The notes under the pieces: generated by a model
What the model saw: the letters and a program-made list of their open reading frames with translations, nothing else
Told to the model about the DNA's origin: nothing
Database searches by the model: none
Assembly: GCA_009908505.1 (NCBI GenBank)
Contig: JAAAPD010000034.1
Coordinates: 1,430 to 65,429 of the forward strand
Origin: Alphaproteobacteria bacterium
GTDB lineage: Bacteria; Pseudomonadota; Alphaproteobacteria; Rhodobacterales; Rhodobacteraceae
Length of the DNA stretch: 64,000 nt
Direction: 5' to 3'
Position numbers and translations under genes: made by a program
Shown here: in pieces, positions 1 through 9,451 of the stretch
Layout: each line of letters begins with the position of its first letter
How positions within the stretch are numbered: position 1 is the first letter of the stretch

Positions 1-15
1 CGGGTTCCTGCGTGA

Positions 16-729
16 CTAGCCGCGCGCCCGGCCCAGGGCGGAAAGCGGGACGGGTATTGCCCGCGATCCGGTCAGGACGGCGATACCGTCCCGCGCGATG
101 AGGGTCTCCAGCACGGGCCGCGTTGCGTGAAGCCCGCCGGTATAGGCCCCGAAGGCCGGTAGGATAAGTCGCGCCCGGTCCACGAGGAAACACGGCCGCG
201 CCGGTCCTGCCCCCGGAATTCTCGCCTTGGGGTGGTAGTGGCCGGAAACCTCGGCGATATCGGCCGTGGCGATATGCCGGAAGGTCAGCGGACCGACGGT
301 CAGTTCCCCGACATGGCTCCCCCCGAGATCGATCGGGCCGGGATCATGGTTGCCTTCGATCCAGACCCAATCGCGACCGGCCTGCATTCTCGCAAGGTGC
401 AGCCGCGCGCCCTCGGCCAGGCCCATCGCCGCGTCCAGATCGTCGAAGCTGTCGCCAAGGCAGACCACCTGCGCCGGACATGTCTCGGCGATGGCCTTGT
501 CCAGGCGGGCCAGGGTCTCTTGCACCTCGTAGGGCGGCAAGAGCCCTCCGCCGCGCCGTGCCATGCGTTCGGATTTTCCCAGATGCAGATCGGACACGCA
601 AAGCAGGCCCCGGTCGGGCCAGAACAGGCTGCCATCGGCGCGGGCGTGCAAATGCGCGCCGTTGAAATCCAGCGCATGGAACGACGTGGGGGCTGATTTG
701 GCGTTTCGGTCCAGGCCTTGCAAGCTCAA
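16..729 (-). CDS. pdeM: Ligase-associated DNA damage response metallophosphoesterase/endonuclease (PdeM-like)
   Basis: Calcineurin-like motifs VSDLHLGK, CLGDSFDD, WIEGNHD, SGHYHPK and ILPAFG. TTG start overlaps the helicase stop; the start is uncertain. Confidence 0.85.
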   Translation of the reverse strand: MSLQGLDRNAKSAPTSFHALDFNGAHLHARADGSLFWPDRGLLCVSDLHLGKSERMARRGGGLLPPYEVQETLARLDKAIAETCPAQVVCLGDSFDDLDAAMGLAEGARLHLARMQAGRDWVWIEGNHDPGPIDLGGSHVGELTVGPLTFRHIATADIAEVSGHYHPKARIPGAGPARPCFLVDRARLILPAFGAYTGGLHATRPVLETLIARDGIAVLTGSRAIPVPLSALGRARG

Positions 730-3125
730 AGCGCGCCCAGCCCGGCCTCGGCCATCTGGCGCGCTGCCTCCGCTTCAAGCAGTCTTTCGCGCCCCTCACC
801 GGTGATGGGCACCTTGCCAGGTTCCAGGAACAGCGGCGCGGCGAGGGGCGAGACACGGGTCAGCCGCACGTGGTCGATCCCCTCGATCCGCGCCAGCATG
901 TCCTCGATCCGGCCGAAATCGACAAGACCCCTCAGAGCCTCGTCGCGGGTGATCCGCATCAGCAGATGGTCGGGTTCGTATTTCGCCAAGGTGTCATACA
1001 GGATATCCGAGGAAAACGTCGCCTGACGCCCGGTCTTCCTGGGGCCGGGTATGTTGCGTTCGATCAGCCCGGCGATGGTCGCCACCCCGCGAAAGGTGCG
1101 TTTCATCACCGCGTTGCCCTGCAGCCACTGGTCCAAACCGTTGCGCATATCGGACGGATCCAGCAGGGCGGCCGGGTCGGCCACATGCTCCAGCCCCCAG
1201 ATCAGCAGCGCGCAATCGGTCACGACGAAGCCGAGAGGCGACAGGCCCGCCGCCTCCATCCGCTGGGTCAGGATCAGGCCCAGCGTGCGGTGGGCGTTCT
1301 GACCGGCGAAACCATAAAGGCACAGATGCTCGCGTCCTTCATGCGGGAAAGTCTCGACCAGAAGGCGCCGCGCCGAGGGCATGCGGCTGACCTCGCCTTG
1401 CAGGGCCAGCCATTCGGCGGTGTGATCCGGCAGGTTGGGCCAGCTGTCCTGGTTGAGCAGGCGCAGGATACGGGCCGAAAGCTGCGTGGAAGTCGCGAAT
1501 TTCATGCCCGAGAACACGGCGACCTTTGGCTCGCGGCCCGGCGTTCGGCTTACCTCGACGGTCAGTTCTTTCAATCCCTCGTAGCGCACGACCTCGCCCC
1601 CGATCAGGAAGCGATCGCCGGGGGTCAGTGAGGCGGCGAAGGCCTCTTCGACCTCGCCAAGGACCCGATTGCCGCGCCGTATCCGCACCTTGAGAAGGTC
1701 CGCGTCCTGGATCGTGCCGATATTCATGCGGATGCGTTTCACCGCGCGGGGGTCACGCAGGTGCCACGTGCCATCCGTCTGCTTCAGCCGCTGCCACTTG
1801 TCATAGGCCCGAAAGGCGTATCCGCCCGTCGCGCAAAAGGACAGGCAATCGTCGAAGGCGGCGCGGCTCAGCCCGGCATAGGCGCCCACCGTCCTGACCT
1901 CGGCGAACAGGGCGTCGGCCTCGAACGGGCCGGCGCAGGCGCGGATCAGGATATGCTGGCATAACACGTCCAGGGGGCCGGGGCCGCGCGGCTCGCCGTC
2001 CAGGGCGTGTTCGCGGGCAGCTTCCAGCGCGGCGACACATTCCACCACCTCGAATCGGTTGGCCGGAACCAGCAGCGCCCTGGAGGGGGCGTTGTAGCGA
2101 TGATTGGCCCGCCCGATCCGCTGCACAAGGCGCTTGACGTTCTTGGGCGCGCCGATCTGGATCACTAGGTCCACGTCGCCCCAGTCGATCCCGAGGTCCA
2201 ACGATCCGGTGCAGACGATAGCGCGCAACTGGCCGGCAACCATGGCTGCCTCGACCCGCTCGCGCTGGTCACGGCTCAGGCTGCCGTGGTGGATACCGAT
2301 GGGCAAGGCGTCCTCGTTCGCCAGCCAGAGATGGTGGAAGAAAATCTCGGCCTGGGCGCGGGTGTTGTGAAAGATGAGTGTGGTCCTGTGCTTTTTGACC
2401 TGCTCGAGGACCTCATGAACGGCGTATTTTGCCCCGCCGCCAGACCAGGGCGGTCGGCCTTGCGTGCCCAGCATCTCGATGTTCGGGTCGGGGCCCGGAT
2501 TGGCCGACAGGATCGGACAGGGGTCGGGGTGGCGCGCCAGCGTGCGGGCGATGGCCTGCGGGTCGTCCACCGTGGCAGACAAGCCGATGCGGCGCAAACC
2601 CGGCGCCAGGCGTTCCAGACGCGACAGGGCCAGCATCAGCTGGTCGCCGCGCTTGCTGTCGGCCAGGGCGTGGATTTCATCCACGATCACGCGTTGCAGC
2701 CCGGCAAAGATGCGCGGTGCGTCCTCGTAGCTGGTCAGCAGCGCCAGCGATTCCGGCGTGGTCAGCAGGATATGCGGCGGGTCGGCCCGCTGGCGCCGCT
2801 TGGCGGTATAGGTCGTGTCCCCGGTGCGATCCTCGACGCGGATCGGCAGGCCCATTTCTTCGACGGGCATGGTCAGGTTGCGCCGGATATCCGCGGCGAG
2901 CGCCTTGAGCGGCGAAACATAAAGCGTGTGAAGCCCCTGATGGGCGCCGCTCGCCAATTCCACCAGGCTGGGCAGGAACCCGGCCAGGGTCTTGCCGCCG
3001 CCGGTGGGCGCGATCAGCAGCGTTGCAGGCTCCGCGGCCCGGTCCAGCATCTGACGCTGGTGCGGATACACCGTCCACCCACGGGCCGCGAACCAGGTCT
3101 CGAAGAACGGGGGCAGTTCGGTCAT
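726..3125 (-). CDS. Ligase-associated DEXH-box helicase (Lhr family)
   Basis: Walker A APTGGGKT, DEIH box, GLSAT, HHGSLS, CTGSLDLGID and QRIGRANHR; 799 aa; directly upstream of pdeM. Confidence 0.9.
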   Translation of the reverse strand: MTELPPFFETWFAARGWTVYPHQRQMLDRAAEPATLLIAPTGGGKTLAGFLPSLVELASGAHQGLHTLYVSPLKALAADIRRNLTMPVEEMGLPIRVEDRTGDTTYTAKRRQRADPPHILLTTPESLALLTSYEDAPRIFAGLQRVIVDEIHALADSKRGDQLMLALSRLERLAPGLRRIGLSATVDDPQAIARTLARHPDPCPILSANPGPDPNIEMLGTQGRPPWSGGGAKYAVHEVLEQVKKHRTTLIFHNTRAQAEIFFHHLWLANEDALPIGIHHGSLSRDQRERVEAAMVAGQLRAIVCTGSLDLGIDWGDVDLVIQIGAPKNVKRLVQRIGRANHRYNAPSRALLVPANRFEVVECVAALEAAREHALDGEPRGPGPLDVLCQHILIRACAGPFEADALFAEVRTVGAYAGLSRAAFDDCLSFCATGGYAFRAYDKWQRLKQTDGTWHLRDPRAVKRIRMNIGTIQDADLLKVRIRRGNRVLGEVEEAFAASLTPGDRFLIGGEVVRYEGLKELTVEVSRTPGREPKVAVFSGMKFATSTQLSARILRLLNQDSWPNLPDHTAEWLALQGEVSRMPSARRLLVETFPHEGREHLCLYGFAGQNAHRTLGLILTQRMEAAGLSPLGFVVTDCALLIWGLEHVADPAALLDPSDMRNGLDQWLQGNAVMKRTFRGVATIAGLIERNIPGPRKTGRQATFSSDILYDTLAKYEPDHLLMRITRDEALRGLVDFGRIEDMLARIEGIDHVRLTRVSPLAAPLFLEPGKVPITGEGRERLLEAEAARQMAEAGLGAL

Positions 3126-3200
3126 GGGCCGAACCTAGCCCGCGGCAGGGGCCTTCGCCAGCGCGCCCGGCTTCTTTGGGTCGAAAATACTGCGGGGGGA

Positions 3201-3264
3201 GTCGCGGCGCGCGCGACAGGGGGCAGAGTCCCCCGGCCCGGTCGGACGGGTCCGGCCCGTCCGA
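3201..3264. repeat. Three consecutive GC-rich intergenic hairpins
   Basis: GTCGCG/CGCGAC (3201-3217), GGGGG/CCCCC (3219-3234) and TCGGACGGG/CCCGTCCGA (3242-3264). Confidence 0.5.
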
Positions 3265-3273
3265 TCCCGGGGT

Positions 3274-4584
3274 TCAGTGCACGATTTCCTCTTCCTTGAC
3301 GAACATGTTCGCCCAGGCGCGGTCGATCAGGTCCGGGCGCATCTGGTAGGGGATGCCCTCGAATTCGCAGATCGAAATGATCTGGTCGATCAGGAAGATC
3401 GGCTGGTAATTGGCATAAACGTTGTCGATGCTCGGGTATTTTTCCTGCAACAGGTAGACCAGCGATTCCTCGTCCAGCGGCATGCCCTTCTTGCGGGCCA
3501 CCAGGGCAAAGATCTTCAGGAAATCCTCTTGGGTGGGGCCATCGATCTTGATCTTGAAGAAGATCCGGCGCAGCGCGGCCTTGTCGAAGATGTCGTTGGG
3601 GTGGAAGTTGGTCGAGAAGATCACAAGGGTGTCGAAGGGCACCTCGAATTTTTCGCCCGATTGCAGGGCGAGGATGTCGCGGCTTTCCTCCAGCGGGACG
3701 ATCCAGCGGTTGACCAGTTTCTGCGGCGGCTCTTCCTGGCGGCCAAGGTCATCCACGATGAAGACCCCGCCCGAGGATTTCAGCTGCAAAGGCGCCTGGT
3801 AGGTCCGCGCGGTCGGGTTGTAGACCAGGTCGAGCATGGACAGTGACAGTTCACCGCCGGTGATCACCGTGGGGCGTTCGCAACGCACATAGCGGGTATC
3901 GAACCGCCCCGAGGTGCGGCGCAGGGAATTGGGGTCGTCCACGTCTTCCTCGGCGGCCGAATGCACGATCGGATCGTAGACCGTGATGACCTGCCCAGCA
4001 TATTCGATCGCGCGGGGGATATAGATCTTGTCGCCAAGGGCGTCGCGGATCCCGTTCGAGATCGAGGATTTGCCGTTTCCCGGCGGGCCATACATCAGGA
4101 TCGACCGGCCCGAGGACACTGCCGGCCCCAGCTGGTCCAGCAGGTCCGGCGGAAGGACCAGGTGCCCCATGGCCGCGGTCAACTGGTCGCGCGTGACTTG
4201 GATGTTGCGGATCGACTGGCGCTTGACCTGTTCGGCATAGACCTCCAGCGGCACCGGCATCGCCCCGTAATATTCTGACTGGGCCAGCGCATCGAGAGCG
4301 CGGGCCTTGCCCGCATCGGTCAACTGATAGCCCATCTCGCCGCCGGAATTGGCGTGCAGCGTGCCGGTCGATTCCAGCAGTTTCTGGCTGCGCGCAAGGT
4401 CCACCAGTTCCTGGGTCACCGGGACCGGCAGGCAGATCGCTCGGCTCAGCTCCGATACCGTGTCCGCGTTCTTGCGGAACATGGTTTTCAGGACGATATC
4501 CCGCATCATCACCAGGGGCAGGCGCATCGCCTCGAGCGATTTCGGCGCGGGCGGGGCGACAACGTTGGGGTTTTGCATGTTCAT
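3274..4584 (-). CDS. AAA+ ATPase of unknown function with probable N-terminal winged helix, at the edge of the Tad locus
   Basis: Walker A GPPGNGKSS, Walker B VFIVDD and sensor region VIFSTN. Start moved to ATG 4584 (MNMQNP). Confidence 0.8.
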   Translation of the reverse strand: MNMQNPNVVAPPAPKSLEAMRLPLVMMRDIVLKTMFRKNADTVSELSRAICLPVPVTQELVDLARSQKLLESTGTLHANSGGEMGYQLTDAGKARALDALAQSEYYGAMPVPLEVYAEQVKRQSIRNIQVTRDQLTAAMGHLVLPPDLLDQLGPAVSSGRSILMYGPPGNGKSSISNGIRDALGDKIYIPRAIEYAGQVITVYDPIVHSAAEEDVDDPNSLRRTSGRFDTRYVRCERPTVITGGELSLSMLDLVYNPTARTYQAPLQLKSSGGVFIVDDLGRQEEPPQKLVNRWIVPLEESRDILALQSGEKFEVPFDTLVIFSTNFHPNDIFDKAALRRIFFKIKIDGPTQEDFLKIFALVARKKGMPLDEESLVYLLQEKYPSIDNVYANYQPIFLIDQIISICEFEGIPYQMRPDLIDRAWANMFVKEEEIVH

Positions 4585-4730
4585 GACGGTCTGCTCGCAT
4601 TGCCGTTGCATTTGTGGCCCATAGGCCGCGTCGGCCGGTTAATCCGGCACCGGGCCGCCAAAGGGCTATGATCGGCTTTGTGCCGCAGTATTGTGGCGAA
4701 AAAAGGGACAAACAGGTTCCAGAGGCAGGC

Positions 4731-6359
4731 ATGAGCAGACCGAATCCAGTCGTTTTGACGGCATTTCTTCTGGGCATACTGGGCCTATTGGGGGGCGCGG
4801 CGCTTCTCAAGGGTGGGCTCTATGTCGGCAAGCACGAAGGCGACACGCTGCACCTGATGCAGATCGTCTTTCGCATGGCCGACGGGCAATTGCCGCATCT
4901 CGATTTCATGACTCCCATTGGCGCGCTGGCCTTCTGGCCCATCGCCCGTCTGGTCGAGGCGGGGCTGGGCATGGGCATGGCGATCCTCTGGTCCCAGGTC
5001 ATCATGGCAACCCTGTTCGTGCCGATCACCGTCTGGGTCGCCTCCAGCCGGCTTGGCCCCAACGTGGCGCTGCTTTTCGGGGCCTTCGTGATGGTGCTGC
5101 TTCTGGCGCTGGTGCATGGCGAGGCGCAGCGCAGCGTGTCGATCTCGATGCATTACAACCGCCTGGCCTGGGCGGCGGCCTTCGTGGTGATCCTGGCCGC
5201 CATTGTTCCGCCGGTGCATCCGCGCTCGGGGCTGGTGGACGGGATCATCATCGGCCTGATGATGGTGATCATGGTGATGATCAAGGTCACCTATTTCGCG
5301 GCCTTCGCGCTACCCGTCGTTGTGGCGCTGTTTTTGAGCGAACAGCGCCGGGCGTTGGCCTGGGCGCTGCTGACCGGCGCGGCTGCGGCCTTGGCAATCA
5401 CGGCTTTCGTCGGGGTGGAATACTGGCTGGCCTATCTTGGCGATCTCGCCACCGTGGCCGGGTCCGAGATCCGCGCTGCGCCAGGAGAGCCCCTCGGGGC
5501 GATCCTGGGGGCCCCGGCCTATATCGGCGGATCGCTGGTGGCCGTCGCCGGGGTGATCCTGTTACGGCAGGCGCGGGTCGAGACCGGGGGGCTGGTCCTG
5601 CTGCTGCTGTTGCCGGGGTTCTTCTATGTCACCTTCCAGAATTTCGGGAACGACCCGCAATGGCTGATGCTTGTGGCGGTGTTGCTTCTGGCCATGCGCC
5701 CCGGATCGGACAAGGTGCTGCGCAACGGTTTCGGCTGGCCCCTGCGCGAGGCGCTGGGCGTCACCGCCGCCATGGCCCTGGCCCTGTCGGCGCCGTCCTT
5801 CTTCAACCTGGCCTACAGCCCTTTGCGCCACCTCAAGCTCGATACTGCGGAGTATACGCCGCTCTTGCCGCGGGGCGGGGTGCATGCCGACCTGCAATCC
5901 ACCAAGTTGCGGGTGGACAGGGTCTATACCCGGGTCGCGCTGGACGGGCCCGACAGCATGCTGGCCTCTTTCGGCGCGCCGGGCGTCGACAGCGACCCGG
6001 CCAGCTTCAGGGGCGAGACATTCGAGCAATGCTCGGTCGAGCTGGGCCTGCCAACGGTGATGGACACGATCGTACGTGACCTCGAAAAGGCCGGGTTGGC
6101 AGAGGGCAAGAGCCTGTTCGCCGCCGACATCTTCAGTTCGCATTGGCTGTTCGGCGAGTTGGAGCCGTTGCAGGGCGGCGCGCCATGGTACTACGGCGGG
6201 CTGCCGGGCTGGGACGATGCCGATTACCTGTTGATCCCGCTCTGCCCAGTCGTGCCGGACGTGCGGGCCCGTATCCTGACCGTGATCGAGGAGCAGGGGG
6301 CCGAGGGCCTGGTCGAGATCCGCCGAACGCCGCTCTACGTTCTCTATTCCAAAGGGTGA
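4731..6359 (+). CDS. Polytopic membrane protein (543 codons); candidate GT-C-fold glycosyltransferase
   Basis: About 11-13 hydrophobic segments followed by a soluble C-terminal domain. First loop carries EGD and GQLPHLDFMTPIG. Start ATG 4731 follows AGAGGCAGGC. The transferase function is inference. Confidence 0.7.
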   Translation: MSRPNPVVLTAFLLGILGLLGGAALLKGGLYVGKHEGDTLHLMQIVFRMADGQLPHLDFMTPIGALAFWPIARLVEAGLGMGMAILWSQVIMATLFVPITVWVASSRLGPNVALLFGAFVMVLLLALVHGEAQRSVSISMHYNRLAWAAAFVVILAAIVPPVHPRSGLVDGIIIGLMMVIMVMIKVTYFAAFALPVVVALFLSEQRRALAWALLTGAAAALAITAFVGVEYWLAYLGDLATVAGSEIRAAPGEPLGAILGAPAYIGGSLVAVAGVILLRQARVETGGLVLLLLLPGFFYVTFQNFGNDPQWLMLVAVLLLAMRPGSDKVLRNGFGWPLREALGVTAAMALALSAPSFFNLAYSPLRHLKLDTAEYTPLLPRGGVHADLQSTKLRVDRVYTRVALDGPDSMLASFGAPGVDSDPASFRGETFEQCSVELGLPTVMDTIVRDLEKAGLAEGKSLFAADIFSSHWLFGELEPLQGGAPWYYGGLPGWDDADYLLIPLCPVVPDVRARILTVIEEQGAEGLVEIRRTPLYVLYSKG

Positions 6360-6363
6360 CCCG

Positions 6364-6870
6364 TCAGCCCTGGAACAAGGGGTGCGCGAGATAAAGGATC
6401 AGCGTCACACCCAGCGGAAACCCCATGGGAAATCGCCGCTTTTCCGTCCAGCTTTGCCAATGCGGAACCAGGTTGCGGATGGCCGGGATGGCGCGGCAAA
6501 GGCGATGCACCGCGAAGGCCGCGATGAAGCTGGTCGCCAGCAGGAAAAGTACCGCCCAGGCATCCTGCACCGCCACGAAGGGCGCGGCCGAGGCGATGAA
6601 TTTGCTGTCGCCGGCCCCCATCGCGCCGATCGCGTTCAGCGCCATGCCGATTACCAGCACCACACCGAAATGCGCGAACCGCATAACGTAGTCGGGCCAG
6701 AATGGCATCAGGAAGATGCCCACGACGACGAAGATCAGCGCCAGCAGGTCCGTGGACCAGGTGGGAATCTTCATCGCGCGCAGGTCGTTCCAGGCGATGT
6801 AGAGGCACAGCGGCGCGACGAAGGGCAGGAACCAGGCGGCCTGTGTCGCGGTCAGGGATGTTTCGACCAC
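6364..6870 (-). CDS. cpaA: Prepilin peptidase, A24 family (CpaA/TadV)
   Basis: Catalytic Asp motifs WNDLRAMKIP and GAGDSK; several TM helices; last gene of the Tad run. Confidence 0.9.
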   Translation of the reverse strand: MVETSLTATQAAWFLPFVAPLCLYIAWNDLRAMKIPTWSTDLLALIFVVVGIFLMPFWPDYVMRFAHFGVVLVIGMALNAIGAMGAGDSKFIASAAPFVAVQDAWAVLFLLATSFIAAFAVHRLCRAIPAIRNLVPHWQSWTEKRRFPMGFPLGVTLILYLAHPLFQG

Positions 6871-6874
6871 GGGA

Positions 6875-7732
6875 TCAGTTCGTCACGTTGTCTTCAAGTG
6901 CCCGGAGTGACCGTGCCGCGGCCTCGAAATGCTGCGGATGGGTGTCGATCGCCTCGCGCAGCAGGCCGCGCCCGGTTGTGACGTCGTTCTGCTTGATCGC
7001 GGTCAGGGCCATCGTGTGCAGAAGTTGGGCGCGCTCGACCTGGCTCATGGGAATGACGGGCAGGTCGTAGTTGCGCTGCGCACCGCGGGCCATGACCAGG
7101 TTGTTCTTGGCCGTGAAAAGGTCGCGGTCGTTCTGGATCGCGTCCAGGAACAGCTCTTCCGCACCGGCATAATCGCCGCGGGTCAGCTTGGAAAAGCCCC
7201 AGTTGTTGTAGACGCCGCCCGGGCGCGTCGTCAGGCCCGCTGCGGTTTCATAGAAGCTGTCAGCGTTGTCCCATTCCTCGTTGCTGTCGGCGACCATCGC
7301 CTCGAGGCGGTACCGTTCATAGGTCTCATGCGTGGGCGGGATCGCGTCGAGCACCTGTTCGGCGCGGTCCCACTGGTTCGTACGGATCAGCGCATCGGAA
7401 AGGTCCACCTGGTCGTCCAGGGTGCTGTCCTCATGATCGGTCACATCCGTCCAGGCGGCCACGGCCCGGTCATAGTCCCGGGCCCGCACAAGCGATTTCG
7501 CCAGCCCGCGCATCAGGTCGATCCGGCCGGGATCGTTGGCGCTGGCGCGGGAAAAGTAGCTCACTGCCTCGTCGGGGTCTCCGACCGTCAGCATCACGTC
7601 GTTGAGGTTGGTTTCATCGACGACGTTCACATCCTGCAGGGCGCGGTTGACCTGGGCCTCGCCCGACCGGTCACAGGCCGCCAGCAACATCGCCCCCAAA
7701 AGGGCTGTGGAGAAAAGGATAGGGTGGCGCAT
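6875..7732 (-). CDS. tadD: TPR lipoprotein, TadD-like secretin pilotin
   Basis: Lipobox LAAC after a hydrophobic signal; TPR-like helices; YNNWGFS..RGDY..AE..F motif. Confidence 0.75.
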   Translation of the reverse strand: MRHPILFSTALLGAMLLAACDRSGEAQVNRALQDVNVVDETNLNDVMLTVGDPDEAVSYFSRASANDPGRIDLMRGLAKSLVRARDYDRAVAAWTDVTDHEDSTLDDQVDLSDALIRTNQWDRAEQVLDAIPPTHETYERYRLEAMVADSNEEWDNADSFYETAAGLTTRPGGVYNNWGFSKLTRGDYAGAEELFLDAIQNDRDLFTAKNNLVMARGAQRNYDLPVIPMSQVERAQLLHTMALTAIKQNDVTTGRGLLREAIDTHPQHFEAAARSLRALEDNVTN

Positions 7733-7761
7733 GGTTTTGCGTCCTTTTTCTGCTCTTGCCT

Positions 7762-8322
7762 CTAGGGTCCGCCCAGCAACAGGTAATCCCCGGTGCCGCG
7801 TCGAACCAATTGGAACTGTTCGCTCTCTTGTTGGCCAGAATAGCCCGGGTTTTCCAGTTTTGCGAGGGCCAAGCGCAAGTTGTCGCGAATCAGGTCGGAA
7901 TCGCCATTATCCGTTGCATAGGCGCGACGAAATAACTGCGCTGCCTCGGCGATTTCACCGCGTTCCATGAGGATGACGCCAAGGTTGTTCCAAGCCGGAA
8001 CGAAGCTGTCGTCCTTTTCCACGGCGCGGCGCAACAAGCCCTCGGCCTGGTTCAGACGGCCCAGCCGCAGGTTGGCCGACCCCAGCGCCGACAGGGTGTC
8101 CACGTTCAGACCCTGGCGTCCGGCGGCGCGGGTATAGGCCTGAAGCGCCAGTTCGAATTCGCCTGCCGCCATCAGCCTGTGGCCCACGGTCAGCCCGTCG
8201 ACATCCGCCTCGCCGGCAATGCCGGGCGCAAAGACCCGGTCGCCGGTGGGCGTGAAACCGCGCGGGCCGCAGGCCGCCAGGGCGCAGCAAAGGGCGATGA
8301 TCCAAAGGGTGCGGCGCGTCAT
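7762..8322 (-). CDS. Second TPR lipoprotein of the Tad locus
   Basis: Lipobox LAAC; TPRs (ALGSANLRLGRLNQAE, AWNNLGVILMERGEIAEA). Start moved to ATG 8322. Confidence 0.8.
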   Translation of the reverse strand: MTRRTLWIIALCCALAACGPRGFTPTGDRVFAPGIAGEADVDGLTVGHRLMAAGEFELALQAYTRAAGRQGLNVDTLSALGSANLRLGRLNQAEGLLRRAVEKDDSFVPAWNNLGVILMERGEIAEAAQLFRRAYATDNGDSDLIRDNLRLALAKLENPGYSGQQESEQFQLVRRGTGDYLLLGGP

Positions 8323-8418
8323 GAGTTGGGCTGCTCGGCCTGTCTGCTCTTGTCGTCTTGTTGGTGCATGGGTTGCCGAAAGCGCCCGGAGTTTCAAGAA
8401 GAATACCCGAGACAGGCG

Positions 8419-8445
8419 AAAACCGCCCGCGTGCGGGCGGTTTTT
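8419..8445 (-). terminator. Intrinsic terminator-like hairpin after tadC
   Basis: AAAACCGCCCG-cgtg-CGGGCGGTTTT perfect stem with T-runs on both strands. Confidence 0.65.
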
Positions 8446-8462
8446 GCCACGTCGGGTGCGCC

Positions 8463-9443
8463 TCAGAAGTTGGCGTTCGAAAGCGTTACGTAGATGTTGT
8501 AGACCGACGGGCCGATCAGGATGATCAGCAGCGGCGGCACCGTCAACATCATGGTCGCCAGCGTCATCTTGGTGGGCAGGGTGTTGGCCTTTTCCTCGGC
8601 CCGCATGACCCGCTTGTCGCGCATCTCGGCCGAGAAGACCCGCAGCGCCTCGGCGATCGAGGTGCCGAATTGCTGCGACTGGATCAGAACGGTGACGAAG
8701 CTGGCGATATCGGACACGCCGGCGCGTTCGGACATGTCGCGCAGAACCTGGGTCTTGTCCTTGCCGGCCTTCATCTCGTTGGCGACGATCTTGTATTCCT
8801 CGGCCAAGGCAGGAAAGCCCGATTCCAGTTCACGCGACACCCGGATGATGGCCTGGTCCAGCGACTGGCCCGCCTCGACGCAGACCAGCATCATGTCCAG
8901 GCTGTCGGGAAAGCCGTTGACCATCTGTTCCTGGCGTTCCTGCTGGCGCCGGTTGACCCAGTATTTGGGCAGCATGTAACCCACCACGCCCGGCAGCAGG
9001 ATCGAGATGATCGTCGCCCTGGTCGTGGGATCACCGGTGGAAGAGGCGTAGATCGCATAGGCCACGCCCAGGACCAGCAAACCGATACCGAGGGCGAACT
9101 GCGCGAAGTGATACATCCGCACGGCGTTCTTGCTGCGATAGCCCGCCTGAACCAGTTTCAGCTGGATCGAGGAGAATTCTTCCTGGTCCTGGGGTTCGAG
9201 AAAGTTGGAGTATTTCTCCAGCTTGTCCTTGCCCCCGCCCATGCGCAGCTTGGTGCCTTCCTTGGCGACCATGGCGGCCTGGTTGGCGGATTTGAGTTTC
9301 TCAAGCGGATCCTCTTCCTTTTTCAGAAGGGCCGGCAGGACCAGAAGGATCAGAAGGACCCCCAGCATGCCGATCACCATGAGAGGCCCGAACGGGCCCA
9401 GCATGTCGATCAGCATTTGGTTGATGGTGTCGAGAATCTGCAT
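8463..9443 (-). CDS. tadC: Tad platform protein TadC (T2SSF family)
   Basis: FPDSLDMMLVCVEAGQSLDQA, QSQQFGTSIAEALR and AEEKANTLPTKM. Confidence 0.92.
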   Translation of the reverse strand: MQILDTINQMLIDMLGPFGPLMVIGMLGVLLILLVLPALLKKEEDPLEKLKSANQAAMVAKEGTKLRMGGGKDKLEKYSNFLEPQDQEEFSSIQLKLVQAGYRSKNAVRMYHFAQFALGIGLLVLGVAYAIYASSTGDPTTRATIISILLPGVVGYMLPKYWVNRRQQERQEQMVNGFPDSLDMMLVCVEAGQSLDQAIIRVSRELESGFPALAEEYKIVANEMKAGKDKTQVLRDMSERAGVSDIASFVTVLIQSQQFGTSIAEALRVFSAEMRDKRVMRAEEKANTLPTKMTLATMMLTVPPLLIILIGPSVYNIYVTLSNANF

Positions 9444-9451
9444 GGGACCCC

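Noticed and set aside
3274-4584. AAA+ ATPase considered as ComM
   Set aside because: I see no Lon-like N-domain or Cys Zn-finger insert typical of ComM/YifB, so it is left unassigned.
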